Shown here one piece after another: positions 1-10,336 of a stretch of DNA of 64,000 nucleotides. This DNA comes from an uncultured Gemmatimonadaceae bacterium. GTDB lineage: Bacteria; Gemmatimonadota; Gemmatimonadetes; Gemmatimonadales; Gemmatimonadaceae. Where the stretch lies: contig CAWFQK010000004.1 of the NCBI GenBank assembly GCA_963817955.1, positions 288,001-352,000 of the forward strand, in the 5' to 3' direction. A program made the position numbers and the translations under genes. Every line of letters begins with the position of its first letter. Position 1 is the stretch's first letter. The notes under the pieces are model-generated. The model did no database searches. It had not been told where the DNA came from and saw only the letters and a list, made by a program, of their open reading frames with translations.

Positions 1-1
1 G

Positions 2-1304
<1,303 letters not shown>

Positions 1305-1308
<4 letters not shown>

Positions 1309-3005
1309 CTTCGACGCGAGATTTCACCTCCGACACCGAACCGGCACAGCGGGCCGAACTCGACCGCCTCCGCGCCGAAGTCGCCGAATGGCGCCGCCGA
1401 TACGCACAGGGCGAGTTACGCGACATCGTGTTCACCAACTCTGTGGGCGAGATCGAGCCGCTCTACACGGCGCTCGACGTCGAGCCAAGGATCGGCTGAG
1501 TCGCTCGGTGTTCCCGGCACGTATCCGTTCACCCGGGGCATTCATCCCACCGGCTATCGCGGCAAGCTGTGGACGATGCGCCAGTTCGCCGGATTCGGCA
1601 GTGCGCGCGACACGAACGAGCGCTTCAAGTTCCTCCTCGCGCAAGGCCAGACGGGGCTCTCTGTCGCGTTCGATTTCCCCACGCTGATGGGGTACGACTC
1701 GGATCATCCGCGCTCGGAAGGCGAAGTCGGAAAGACCGGCGTGGCCATCTCGAGCCTCGCCGACATGGAGGTGCTGTTCGACGGCATTCCGCTCGATCGA
1801 AGTCTCGACGTCGATGACGATCAACGGGCCGGCGATCATCCTCTGGGCCTTCTACATCGCCGCTGCCGAGAAGCAGGGCGTCTCGTCCGACAAGCTGCGT
1901 GGCACGATCCAGAACGACATTCTGAAGGAGTACATGGCGCAGCACGCCTGGTGCTTCCCGATCGAGCCGGCGCTGCGTCTGATCGTCGATTGCTTCGAGT
2001 GGGGCGCCAAGCACGCACCGCACTGGAATACGATCTCCATCTCCGGCTACCACATCCGCGAAGCGGGAGCGACGGCGGCGCAGGAGCTGGCGTTCACGCT
2101 GGCCGACGGCTTCACGTACGTCGAACGCGGCATGGCCCGCGGGCTCGACGTCGACGAGTTCGCGCCGCGCCTGTCGTTCTTCTGGGACATCCATAACGAC
2201 TTCTTCGAGGAGATCGCCAAACTGCGCGCGGCGCGACGCATCTGGGCGCGGCACCTGAAGGAGCGCTACGGCGCGAAGAGCCCGCGCTCGTGGATCATGC
2301 GCTTCCATTCGCAGACGGCGGGCGTGACGCTCACCGCGCAGCAGCCGATGAACAACGTCGTCCGCGTGGCCTATCAGGCGCTCGCCGCGGTGCTCGGCGG
2401 CACGCAGTCGCTGCACACGAACTCCATGGACGAGACGCTGGCGCTGCCGACGGAAGAAGCCGTGCAGGTGGCGCTCCGCACGCAGCAGATTCTCGCCTAC
2501 GAAACCGGCGTGCCCAACGGTGATCGATCCGCTGGGCGGCTCCTACTACATCGAGGCGCTCACCGACCAACTCGAGCGTGAAGCCGAGTCGATGTTCGAG
2601 GAGATCGAACGCCTCGGCGGCGTGGTGGCAGGGCTGGAGACCGGCTGGTTCCAGCGCAAGATCGCTGAGTCGGCGTCGCGCCAGCAGTGGGAGATCGAGC
2701 AGCACCGCCGCGCCATCGTCGGCGTGAACGAGTTCGTCACCGACGAACCGGAGCTGACGATTCCAATGCTCAGGGTGGGACCGGAAGCCGAACGCTCGCA
2801 ACGCGAAGCCATGGCGAAGATGCGTGCCGAGCGGAGTGACGAGGCGTGCACGGCCGCGCTCGACCGGCTGCGTGCAGCCGCGAGGGGGACCGGCAACGTA
2901 TTCCCGTTCATCCTCGAGTGTGCCCGCCAGTACTGCACGCTGTACGAGATCCGCGCCGCGCTGGAAGACGTGTTTGGCGCGTATCGGGAGCCGGTGTTCT
3001 TTTGA
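1305..3005 (+). CDS. B12-dependent acyl-CoA mutase large (substrate-binding) subunit, isobutyryl-CoA-mutase-like; split by ~3 apparent indels (~1490, ~1800, ~2520)
   Basis: Fragments 1305-1499, 1576-, 1814-2581 and 2520-3005 join into an MCM-family N-terminal subunit: [52 protein letters not shown]. Confidence 0.9.
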
Positions 3006-3016
3006 TCGCCCCAGAG

Positions 3017-3295
3017 ATGATCGTCGTTCCGGCGATGTTCGGTATTCCGGCAGCCGTCATCGCACTCAAGATGTGGCTCAGCCACACTGAGAAGATGGCG
3101 AAGATCCGCGCGGGCTCCACGTCGCCCGGGGAGATGGACGAGCGTTTGGCGCGGCTCGAGCAGGCAGTCGAGGCAGTCGCCGTCGAGATGGAACGAGTGG
3201 GCGAAGGACAGCGATTCGTGACGAAGCTGCTCGCTGAGCGAGCATCGCCCACAAATGCAGCGCAGGTCCAGGAGCGGGCGAGCACGCCGGAGTAA
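3017..3295 (+). CDS. Small hypothetical membrane protein with coiled coil
   Basis: N-terminal hydrophobic segment followed by ERLARLEQAVEAVAVEMERVGEGQRFVTKLL. Alternative TTG start at 3002. Confidence 0.65.
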   Translation: MIVVPAMFGIPAAVIALKMWLSHTEKMAKIRAGSTSPGEMDERLARLEQAVEAVAVEMERVGEGQRFVTKLLAERASPTNAAQVQERASTPE

Positions 3296-3347
3296 CCGAG
3301 GCCCCACCGAACGGAGCGCCCCTCGGACGTCCGGCTATCTTCCTGCC

Positions 3348-4148
3348 ATGCCGCGACCCAAGAAGACCGCCGATTGGTGGAAGACCTACTTCGACGCCCA
3401 ATACCTGCTCGAATACGAGCCGCTGTTCGGCTCCGAGACAGACCGCCACCAGGTCGCACGGATCATGGACGTGATCGGCCTGCCTGCTGGCGCACGCGTG
3501 CTGGACGTGCCCTGCGGACAGGGCCGCCACGCACATCTGCTGGCGGAAGCAGGGTTCGACGTCGACGCGCTCGACTATTCGCCCGATCTGCTCAAGCTCG
3601 CCCGCGCCCGCGGGACCGGCGCCCGGTTGCGCTACACCCGCGGCGACATGCGCATGCTGCCTGCGCGGTGGACAGGACGATTCGATGCTGTGCTGAATCT
3701 CTTCACGTCATTCGGCTTCTTCACCGAACCGGCGGACGACCGACGCGTGCTCGCCGAGTTTGCCCGAGTGCTCGCGCCGAACGGTATTCTCGTGTGGCAT
3801 GGCGGCGATCGTGACGGCGTCATGGCGCGATTTCTCCACCGCGACTGGTGGCAGACGGAAGACGGAACGCTCATTGCCCACGATCGCACGTTCGACTCGC
3901 TGTCCGGCGTATTGACCGTGTACTCCGTATGGTCGGGGCCTGCCGGCCGCGGCTCGCGGGAACACCGGATTCGCCTGTACACGCCCACTCGGTTGGCCGA
4001 ACTGTGCGCCGACGTCGGCCTGATCGTCGAACAGGCGTACGACGGCTTCACGTCGCGTCCCCTGGGGCGCCGCTCGAGCGAGATGCTGCTCGTGGCGCGC
4101 AAGAGCGGACCCGCACGTCCGTTGCCCCGGGCTCGCCGCGTCCGCTAA
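3348..4148 (+). CDS. Class I SAM-dependent methyltransferase
   Basis: [11 protein letters not shown] motif I, GDMR and [17 protein letters not shown] 3348 is preceded by a TATCTT -10-like box. Confidence 0.9.
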   Translation: MPRPKKTADWWKTYFDAQYLLEYEPLFGSETDRHQVARIMDVIGLPAGARVLDVPCGQGRHAHLLAEAGFDVDALDYSPDLLKLARARGTGARLRYTRGDMRMLPARWTGRFDAVLNLFTSFGFFTEPADDRRVLAEFARVLAPNGILVWHGGDRDGVMARFLHRDWWQTEDGTLIAHDRTFDSLSGVLTVYSVWSGPAGRGSREHRIRLYTPTRLAELCADVGLIVEQAYDGFTSRPLGRRSSEMLLVARKSGPARPLPRARRVR

Positions 4149-4230
4149 CTTTGATCACCACCGGGACGCAACGTACCACGGGAATCCGCTGTGTGACGCG
4201 TCCCCCGCAGGACCCCCTCGACTCGGAAGT

Positions 4231-4641
4231 ATGCGTCCCATTCGCGTGCTGGTTGCCAAGCCTGGCCTCGACGGACACGATCGTGGCGCGAAGGTTGTCG
4301 CTGCCGCGCTCCGCGACGCCGGCATGGAAGTCATCTATACAGGGCTGCATCAGACCCCAGAAATGATCGCCACCGCCGCCGTCCAGGAAGACGTGGACGT
4401 GGTCGGACTGTCGATCCTCAGCGGCGCCCACATGACGTTGTTCCCGCGCGTGCACGAGTTGCTGCACGAACAGGGGCGCGACGACATCCTGATCACCGGC
4501 GGCGGCATCATCCCCAAGGAAGACATGGATGCGCTGCGCCAGATCGGGATTGGCCGGCTCTTCGGACCGGGAACGCCGACCACTGCGTTGATCGCGTACA
4601 TTCGCGAGTGGTTCGCCGAGCGCGAACGGCAAGAAGCGTGA
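4231..4641 (+). CDS. Cobalamin-binding small subunit of acyl-CoA mutase (IcmB/McmA2-like)
   Basis: [13 protein letters not shown] (DxHxxG B12-binding motif), GLSILSGAH and GGGIIP. Confidence 0.95.
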   Translation: MRPIRVLVAKPGLDGHDRGAKVVAAALRDAGMEVIYTGLHQTPEMIATAAVQEDVDVVGLSILSGAHMTLFPRVHELLHEQGRDDILITGGGIIPKEDMDALRQIGIGRLFGPGTPTTALIAYIREWFAERERQEA

Positions 4642-6251
4642 GCGGTCGGCTACGCGAGCTGAGTGCCGAGGTTCGCCAACTCGAGGCGCAGCTGAGGGAA
4701 GGGGGCGGGGCAGACAAGATCGCGCGACAGCACAAGCAGGGAAAGCTCACGGCACGCGAGCGCATCGAGCGGCTCTGTGACGCGGGCACGCGTTTTCTCG
4801 AGATCGGGCTGCTCATGGCCTACGATCAGTACGACGGCCAGGCGCCGGGCGCCGGCGTCGTCATCGGGATCGGCACCGTGTGCGGGCGCGACGTGGTGAT
4901 CGTGGCCAACGACGCCACGGTCAAGGCAGGCTCCTGGTGGCCGGAGACGATCAAGAAGATGCTGCGCGCGCAGGAGATCGCCATGCGCTGCCGCATCCCC
5001 ATCATCTACCTCGTCGATTCATCAGGCGTGAACCTGCCGTACCAGGGTGGCGTGTTCCCGGGGCAGTACGGCGCCAGCCGGTTGTTTTACTATAATTCAA
5101 TAATGCGTAGGTACTTACGCATCCCGCAGCTCGCCGCGGTCATGGGCCCCTGCATTGCCGGCGGTGCGTATCTGCCGGCGCTCTCCGATCTGATCGTCAT
5201 GGTGAAGGGCTCGTCGTTCATGGGACTGGGCGGCCCGAATCTCGTCAAGGGCGCGACCGGCCAGACGATCGACGGCGAAACGCTCGGCGGCGCCACGACA
5301 CACACGGAGATCAGCGGCGTGGCGCACTACGCCGTGGACGACGATGAGGCGGGGCTCGCCAAACTGCGTGACCTGGTCTCGATGCTGCCAGCGCCACGCA
5401 CGAACGCGCGAACGAGTGCACCCGAGGACGGCGGCGCCACCCCCGAGGCGCTCTATGACATGCTGCCGTCGGATCACCGCATGCCCTACGACATGTATGC
5501 GCTGTTGCGCGGATTTCTCGATGGCGGCAAGCTGGACGAATTCCAGCCCAACCTTGCCCGCGAGATGATCTGCGCTGACGCCCGTATCGAGGGCATTCCG
5601 ATCGGCGTCATTGCCAACCATCGCGGTCTCGTGAAGGGGCGCGCCGGCGAAAAGCCGCGCTTCGGCGGAATCGTCTATGCCGAGAGCGCCGAAAAGGTGG
5701 CGTTCTTCATCGATCGGTGCGACCGCGAGCATATCCCGTTGTTGTTCGTGCAGGACGTCTCGGGTTTCATGGTTGGACCGGAGGCCGAGCACGCCGGGAT
5801 CATCCGGGCCGGGGCTCATTTCGTCGAAGCCATGGCGACGGCGCGCGTGCCGAAGATCGTCCTCACCGTGAACCACGCGTCCGGCGCCGGCTACTATGCC
5901 ATGGCGGGCCAGGGATTCGATCCCGACTTCATCTTCAGTTGGCCCACCGGACGCATGGGCGTCATGGAAGGCGAGTCGGCGGTGCAGGCGGTGCACGGGC
6001 CGGCACTCGCGCAATCCCGGGCGGCGAAGGAGCCGCTGCCGGCAGCCGTCGCGGCGTCGGTGGACGAGATGCGCGCCGACTACGAGCATCAGCTGGATGC
6101 CCGATACGCCGGCGCGCGCGGGTTCATCGACGCGATCGTCTATCCCGAAGATACCCGCGACGTGCTGGCACTCGCGTTTCGCGCCTCGCTGCAAAATCCC
6201 GGACCGCATCTCGGTCCCTTCGTTCTTCCCGCACACTCCGATGACGCATGA
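4638..6251 (+). CDS. Acyl-CoA carboxylase carboxyltransferase (beta) subunit, MccB/AtuC-like
   Basis: [36 protein letters not shown] and [12 protein letters not shown] start overlaps the upstream TGA. Confidence 0.9.
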   Translation: MSGRLRELSAEVRQLEAQLREGGGADKIARQHKQGKLTARERIERLCDAGTRFLEIGLLMAYDQYDGQAPGAGVVIGIGTVCGRDVVIVANDATVKAGSWWPETIKKMLRAQEIAMRCRIPIIYLVDSSGVNLPYQGGVFPGQYGASRLFYYNSIMRRYLRIPQLAAVMGPCIAGGAYLPALSDLIVMVKGSSFMGLGGPNLVKGATGQTIDGETLGGATTHTEISGVAHYAVDDDEAGLAKLRDLVSMLPAPRTNARTSAPEDGGATPEALYDMLPSDHRMPYDMYALLRGFLDGGKLDEFQPNLAREMICADARIEGIPIGVIANHRGLVKGRAGEKPRFGGIVYAESAEKVAFFIDRCDREHIPLLFVQDVSGFMVGPEAEHAGIIRAGAHFVEAMATARVPKIVLTVNHASGAGYYAMAGQGFDPDFIFSWPTGRMGVMEGESAVQAVHGPALAQSRAAKEPLPAAVAASVDEMRADYEHQLDARYAGARGFIDAIVYPEDTRDVLALAFRASLQNPGPHLGPFVLPAHSDDA

Positions 6252-7625
6252 GTAACCACACGGGCGAGCGCGTCGTACGCGTCGCATCCGGGCAGGGGTT
6301 CTGGGGCGATTGGCTCGAAGCGCCCAGACGGCAGGTGGAAGGCGGCGACGTCGATTACTTGATGCTCGACTACCTCGCCGAAGTCACGATGAGCATTCTG
6401 CAAAAGCAGAAAGAGCGCGACCCGAAAATGGGGTATGCGCGTGACTTCGTCGGCGCCATCGAGAGCGTGCTTCCGGCCGTCGCCACGCGCGGCGTTCGCG
6501 TCATCGCGAACGCCGGTGGCGTCAATCCGCCCGCCTGCGCCGAAGCCATTCGTGGGGTGGCGAAGAAACATGGCGTTTCAGATGCCATCCGCATTGGGAT
6601 CGTCACCGGAGACGACCTGCTCCCGCGCCTCGACGAGCTCATGGCCAGCGGCCACGCATTGGCGAACATGGAGACGGGCGAGCCGCTCTCCACCGTGCGC
6701 GATCGCGTGCTGTCCGCCAACGCGTACATCGGCTCGACGCCCATCGTGGAGGCACTGGCCCAGAACGCCAACATCGTCATCACCGGGCGCTCGACGGATA
6801 CCGCGCTGACGATGGCACCGCTCCGGTACGAGTTCGGGTGGGGAGACGAGGACTGGGATCGCCTCGCCGCGGGGATCATTGCCGGCCACACCATCGAGTG
6901 CGGCGCGCAGTGTTCCGGCGGCAACTGCCTGTATGATTGGCAGAACATTCCAGATCTGGCGAATGTCGGATACCCGATCGTCGAAGGACATGCCGACGGG
7001 AGCTTCGTCGTCTACAAGCATCCGAACACCGGTGGCCGCATCTCGGTGCCGTCCGTCAGCGAGCAGCTCGTCTACGAAATGGGCGATCCGCATTCGTACA
7101 TCACGCCGGACGTGATCGCCGACTTCACGAGCATCCGCCTGGAAGCCGCCGGCGAGAATCGCGTTCGCGTCTTCGGCATCAAGGGCCGTCCGCCCACCGA
7201 CAAGCTCAAGGTCTCCATTGCCTACCGCGCCGGATTCAAAGCGGTTGGCACACTCGTCTACTCGTGGCCCGACGCCCTGCCCAAGGCCGAGGCGGCCGAT
7301 CGTGTGCTGCGCGAACGGCTGGATCGCTTGGGGCTCAAGTTCGATCACATCCTGACCGAGTTCGTCGGCGTCAACGCCACCCACGGGCCGTTGGCCGGGG
7401 AGCCGACACGACGTTCCCGAGGTGCAGCTCCGCGTCGGCGTGCGCGGCGGAGACAAGGCGGCAGTGGAGCGTTTCACCCGCGAGCTCATTCCGCTCGTAC
7501 TGAACGGACCGCCGAGCGTCACCGGATTCGCCGGTGGCCGCCCAAAGGTCGAGGAGATCGTGGCCTATTGGCCCGCACTCGTCGACAAGACCGTCGTACA
7601 GACCAAGGTCGAGGTGCTCTCATGA
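6248..7625 (+). CDS. Acyclic terpene utilization AtuA family protein (DUF1446 N-terminal part); one apparent indel near 7405
   Basis: [50 protein letters not shown] and EQLVYE. The reading continues in ORF 7422-7625. Confidence 0.85.
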
Positions 7626-8009
7626 AAGTCAGTCTCCTCGACATCGCGCATGCCCGGTCGGGCGACAAGGGCGACACGGCGAATGTCGGCGTCATCGCGC
7701 TCAAGCCGGAGTGGTACGCCACGCTCGCAGCGGCATCTCACGCTCGAGCGTGTGCAGCAGCATTTCAAGGACGTGATCACGGGACCGGTGGAGCGGTACG
7801 AGCTGCCGAATCTCAACGCGCTCAATTTCCTGTTGCACGGCGCGCTCGATGGCGGTGGCACCTTGTCGCTCAAGACCGACGCGCAGGGCAAAGTGTTTTC
7901 CACCGCAATGCTGCGGCTCCAGCTCGACGTCCCTGACGAGGAGGCCAAGGCCGTGAAGATGCCGGGGGCGAAGCAGTGGCCGTCCTACACCCGGTCACCC
8001 AAGGATTGA
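7622..8009 (+). CDS. AtuA-like C-terminal ferredoxin-fold protein; apparent indel near 7730
   Basis: [26 protein letters not shown], then [24 protein letters not shown]...DAQGK. These are AtuA C-terminal domain motifs. Confidence 0.8.
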
Positions 8010-8173
8010 CGTTGCGGCACCGAACGCCGGCCCAGCTCGCGCTCCTTGCCGTTGGCCTGATCGTCTGGGGTTACGGCCAGCGGATCGACGACCCCCGTCT
8101 CCGCTGGATCGGAATCGCATTGTTCGCGGTCGCCACGGTGCTTCGATTTGTGGAGCGGAAGTCCCGGGATTAG
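7976..8173 (+). CDS. Small hypothetical two-TM membrane protein
   Basis: Two hydrophobic stretches (LALLAVGLIVWGYG and WIGIALFAVATVL). Start uncertain. Confidence 0.5.
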   Translation: MAVLHPVTQGLTLRHRTPAQLALLAVGLIVWGYGQRIDDPRLRWIGIALFAVATVLRFVERKSRD

Positions 8174-8187
8174 TGAGCGAAGTTTCT

Positions 8188-8263
8188 GGGACACGGGACA
8201 CGGGACACGCGACGGCCTGTCATCCTGAGCAAAGGCGTGTCATCCTGAGCGAAGCGAAGGATC
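8188..8263. repeat. 7-bp tandem (GGGACAC x3) followed by duplicated TGTCATCCTGAGC REP-like half element
   Basis: GGGACAC at 8188, 8195 and 8202. TGTCATCCTGAGC at 8218 and 8238; the second copy extends to TGTCATCCTGAGCGAAGCGAAGGATC. Confidence 0.8.
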
Positions 8264-8415
8264 CCTGTGACCGGTGGGCCGACCGTCGACGTCACCTTGT
8301 CGCTGAGCGGAACGACATGGCGGCGAGTGGCGGCGGATCAGTGGCGGCGGTTGATTTGAACGATCCCCCCTCGACATTCGTCACCCGATACTGAGGCCGT
8401 CGCCCTCTCCCCCCG

Positions 8416-10149
8416 ATGCTCCGCTCAACGTGTTCCCTTGCGACGCTCGCTGCCGTCGCTGCGATCATGACCATACCCGCCGTCCCGCAGGCCGCGTTCG
8501 CGCAGGACCGCTCGCAATCCCGCTCGATGGTCATGTCGCCCAGCGGCATCGTGGCCAGTGAAGCCGTGTTGGCCTCGCAAGTAGGCGTATCGATCCTCGA
8601 GCACGGCGGCAATGCGATAGACGCAGCGGTTGCCACGAACGCGATGATGGGCCTGATCGCGCCGATGAACAACGGTATCGGTGGCGATCTTTTCGCGATC
8701 GTGTACGAGGCGAAGACCGGAAAGCTCTATGGCCTGAATGCATCAGGGTGGGCACCGACGGGACTGACACCTGACCTGCTGGCGGCAAGAGGCATCACGG
8801 CGATGCCTCAGAAGGGGATTCTCTCGGTGACGGTCCCCGGGACAGTCGACGGCTGGGCCAACATGCTCCAGCGGTTTGGACGCATGCAATTCGCCGACGT
8901 GCTCGCGCCGGCGATTGCGTATGCCGAGCAGGGTTTCGCTGTGGGCGAGGTGGTGAGTGTCTTCTGGAAAGACAGCCAGGATGCGTTGCGCGCGGACGCG
9001 CCGACGGCCAAGACGTTTCTGGTGAATGGCACGGCGCCGGCCGCGGGTGAGATATTTCATAATCCCGACCTGGCGTGGAGCTATCGGCAGATTGCAGCAC
9101 ACGGGCGCGACGCCTTCTATAAGGGAGAGATTGCGCACAAGATTCTCGCCACGTCGGCGAGTCACGCCGGCACGATGACGGCGGCCGATCTGGCCGACTT
9201 CAAAGGCGAGTGGGTGGATCTGGTATCGACGACGTACCATGGGTGGACAGTCTATGAGCTGCCCCCGAACGGACAGGGGATCGCCGCGCTCGAGATGCTC
9301 AACATCATGGAGCAGTTCCCGTTGGCTGAATACGGCAACAACTCGCCGCGTGCGCTGCACGCGATGATCGAGGCCAAGAAGCTCGCCTACGCCGACATGC
9401 TGCGCTACGACGCCGACCCACGGTTCGCGAAGATCCCCGTGGAAGGGTTGCGCAGCAAGGAATTCGCACGGGCGCGCGCGAAGTTGATCGATCCGGCGAA
9501 GGCGAATTGCAACGTGCCGGCGGGCACGCCGCCGGCCACCGACCACGGAACGACATATCTCAGCGTCGTCGATCGCGACGGCAATATGGTTTCGCTCATT
9601 CAGAGCAACTACGCGAGCGTCGGCTTCGGATCGGGGCTCGCCGTGGGCGGTGCGGGGTTCGCGCTACAGAACCGCGGAGGGTTGTTCACGCTCGACCGCT
9701 CGCATCCCAACGTGCTCGCGCCGCGCAAGCGCCCAGTGCACACGATCATCCCTGCGTTCATGGAGCGTGGCGACGTGCGCATCGCGTTCGGGATCATGGG
9801 TGGATGGAACCAGGGGCAGGCGCACGCCCAATTCGTGTCGAACGTGGTGGATTTCGGTATGAACATCCAGAAGGCGTTGGATACGCCACGGTTCTCGAAA
9901 GAGACCTTTCCGGGATGTGACGTGAACATCGAGTCACGCATTCCCGAGCCAGTGCGCTCGGCGCTGACCGCGCTCGGCCACCAGCTCGTGATGCGCGGCG
10001 ACTACTCGGCGACACGCATGGGAGCCGGCCAAGCCGTGCTGCGTGATTTTGGCAAGAAGGTGAACTTCGGCGCGTCCGATCCGCGGAAGGACGGTGCGGC
10101 GGTGATGGAGTTGACGACAGCGGCGAGCCGGCACGAAATTCCGCGGTGA
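8416..10149 (+). CDS. ggt: Gamma-glutamyltransferase (secreted, signal peptide)
   Basis: Signal peptide, GGNAIDAAVA, GIGGDLF, ELPPNGQG, autocleavage Thr in HGTTYLSVVD, GIMGG and GASDPRKDG. Confidence 0.95.
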   Translation: MLRSTCSLATLAAVAAIMTIPAVPQAAFAQDRSQSRSMVMSPSGIVASEAVLASQVGVSILEHGGNAIDAAVATNAMMGLIAPMNNGIGGDLFAIVYEAKTGKLYGLNASGWAPTGLTPDLLAARGITAMPQKGILSVTVPGTVDGWANMLQRFGRMQFADVLAPAIAYAEQGFAVGEVVSVFWKDSQDALRADAPTAKTFLVNGTAPAAGEIFHNPDLAWSYRQIAAHGRDAFYKGEIAHKILATSASHAGTMTAADLADFKGEWVDLVSTTYHGWTVYELPPNGQGIAALEMLNIMEQFPLAEYGNNSPRALHAMIEAKKLAYADMLRYDADPRFAKIPVEGLRSKEFARARAKLIDPAKANCNVPAGTPPATDHGTTYLSVVDRDGNMVSLIQSNYASVGFGSGLAVGGAGFALQNRGGLFTLDRSHPNVLAPRKRPVHTIIPAFMERGDVRIAFGIMGGWNQGQAHAQFVSNVVDFGMNIQKALDTPRFSKETFPGCDVNIESRIPEPVRSALTALGHQLVMRGDYSATRMGAGQAVLRDFGKKVNFGASDPRKDGAAVMELTTAASRHEIPR

Positions 10150-10252
10150 GCTGTTCCGCTGACGTGCGGAGCTGTTCCGGTGACGTGCGGAGCCGTTTCG
10201 CTGATGCGGAATGCCGTTCCGACGATGCGGCCGGCCGTTTCGATAACTGCAG
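10148..10252. repeat. Degenerate 21-bp tandem array (5 units)
   Basis: GAGCTGTTCCGCTGACGTGCG / GAGCTGTTCCGGTGACGTGCG / GAGCCGTTTCGCTGATGCGGA / ATGCCGTTCCGACGATGCGGC / CGGCCGTTTCGATAACTGCAG. Confidence 0.75.
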
Positions 10253-10336
10253 AAAACATTTCGGAGGCCCGGCGTCTCCTCAAAATGAGCACCGACCGGT
10301 GAGTAATGGCACGTAAGCTGTTATATTTCAACGCTT

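Noticed and set aside
4150..4230. Cobalamin riboswitch before the B12-binding subunit (GGGAATCCG...CCCCCGCA)
   Set aside because: It is too short and lacks the paired core and B12 box. Only a simple GGGACGC/GCGTCCC stem is present. An Rfam scan would settle it.
6248..7936. 562-aa ORF suggesting a full-length fused AtuA
   Set aside because: The middle section (after ~7405) is off-frame nonsense. The true frame ends at TGA 7625, overlapping a new ATG at 7622, so these are two genes.
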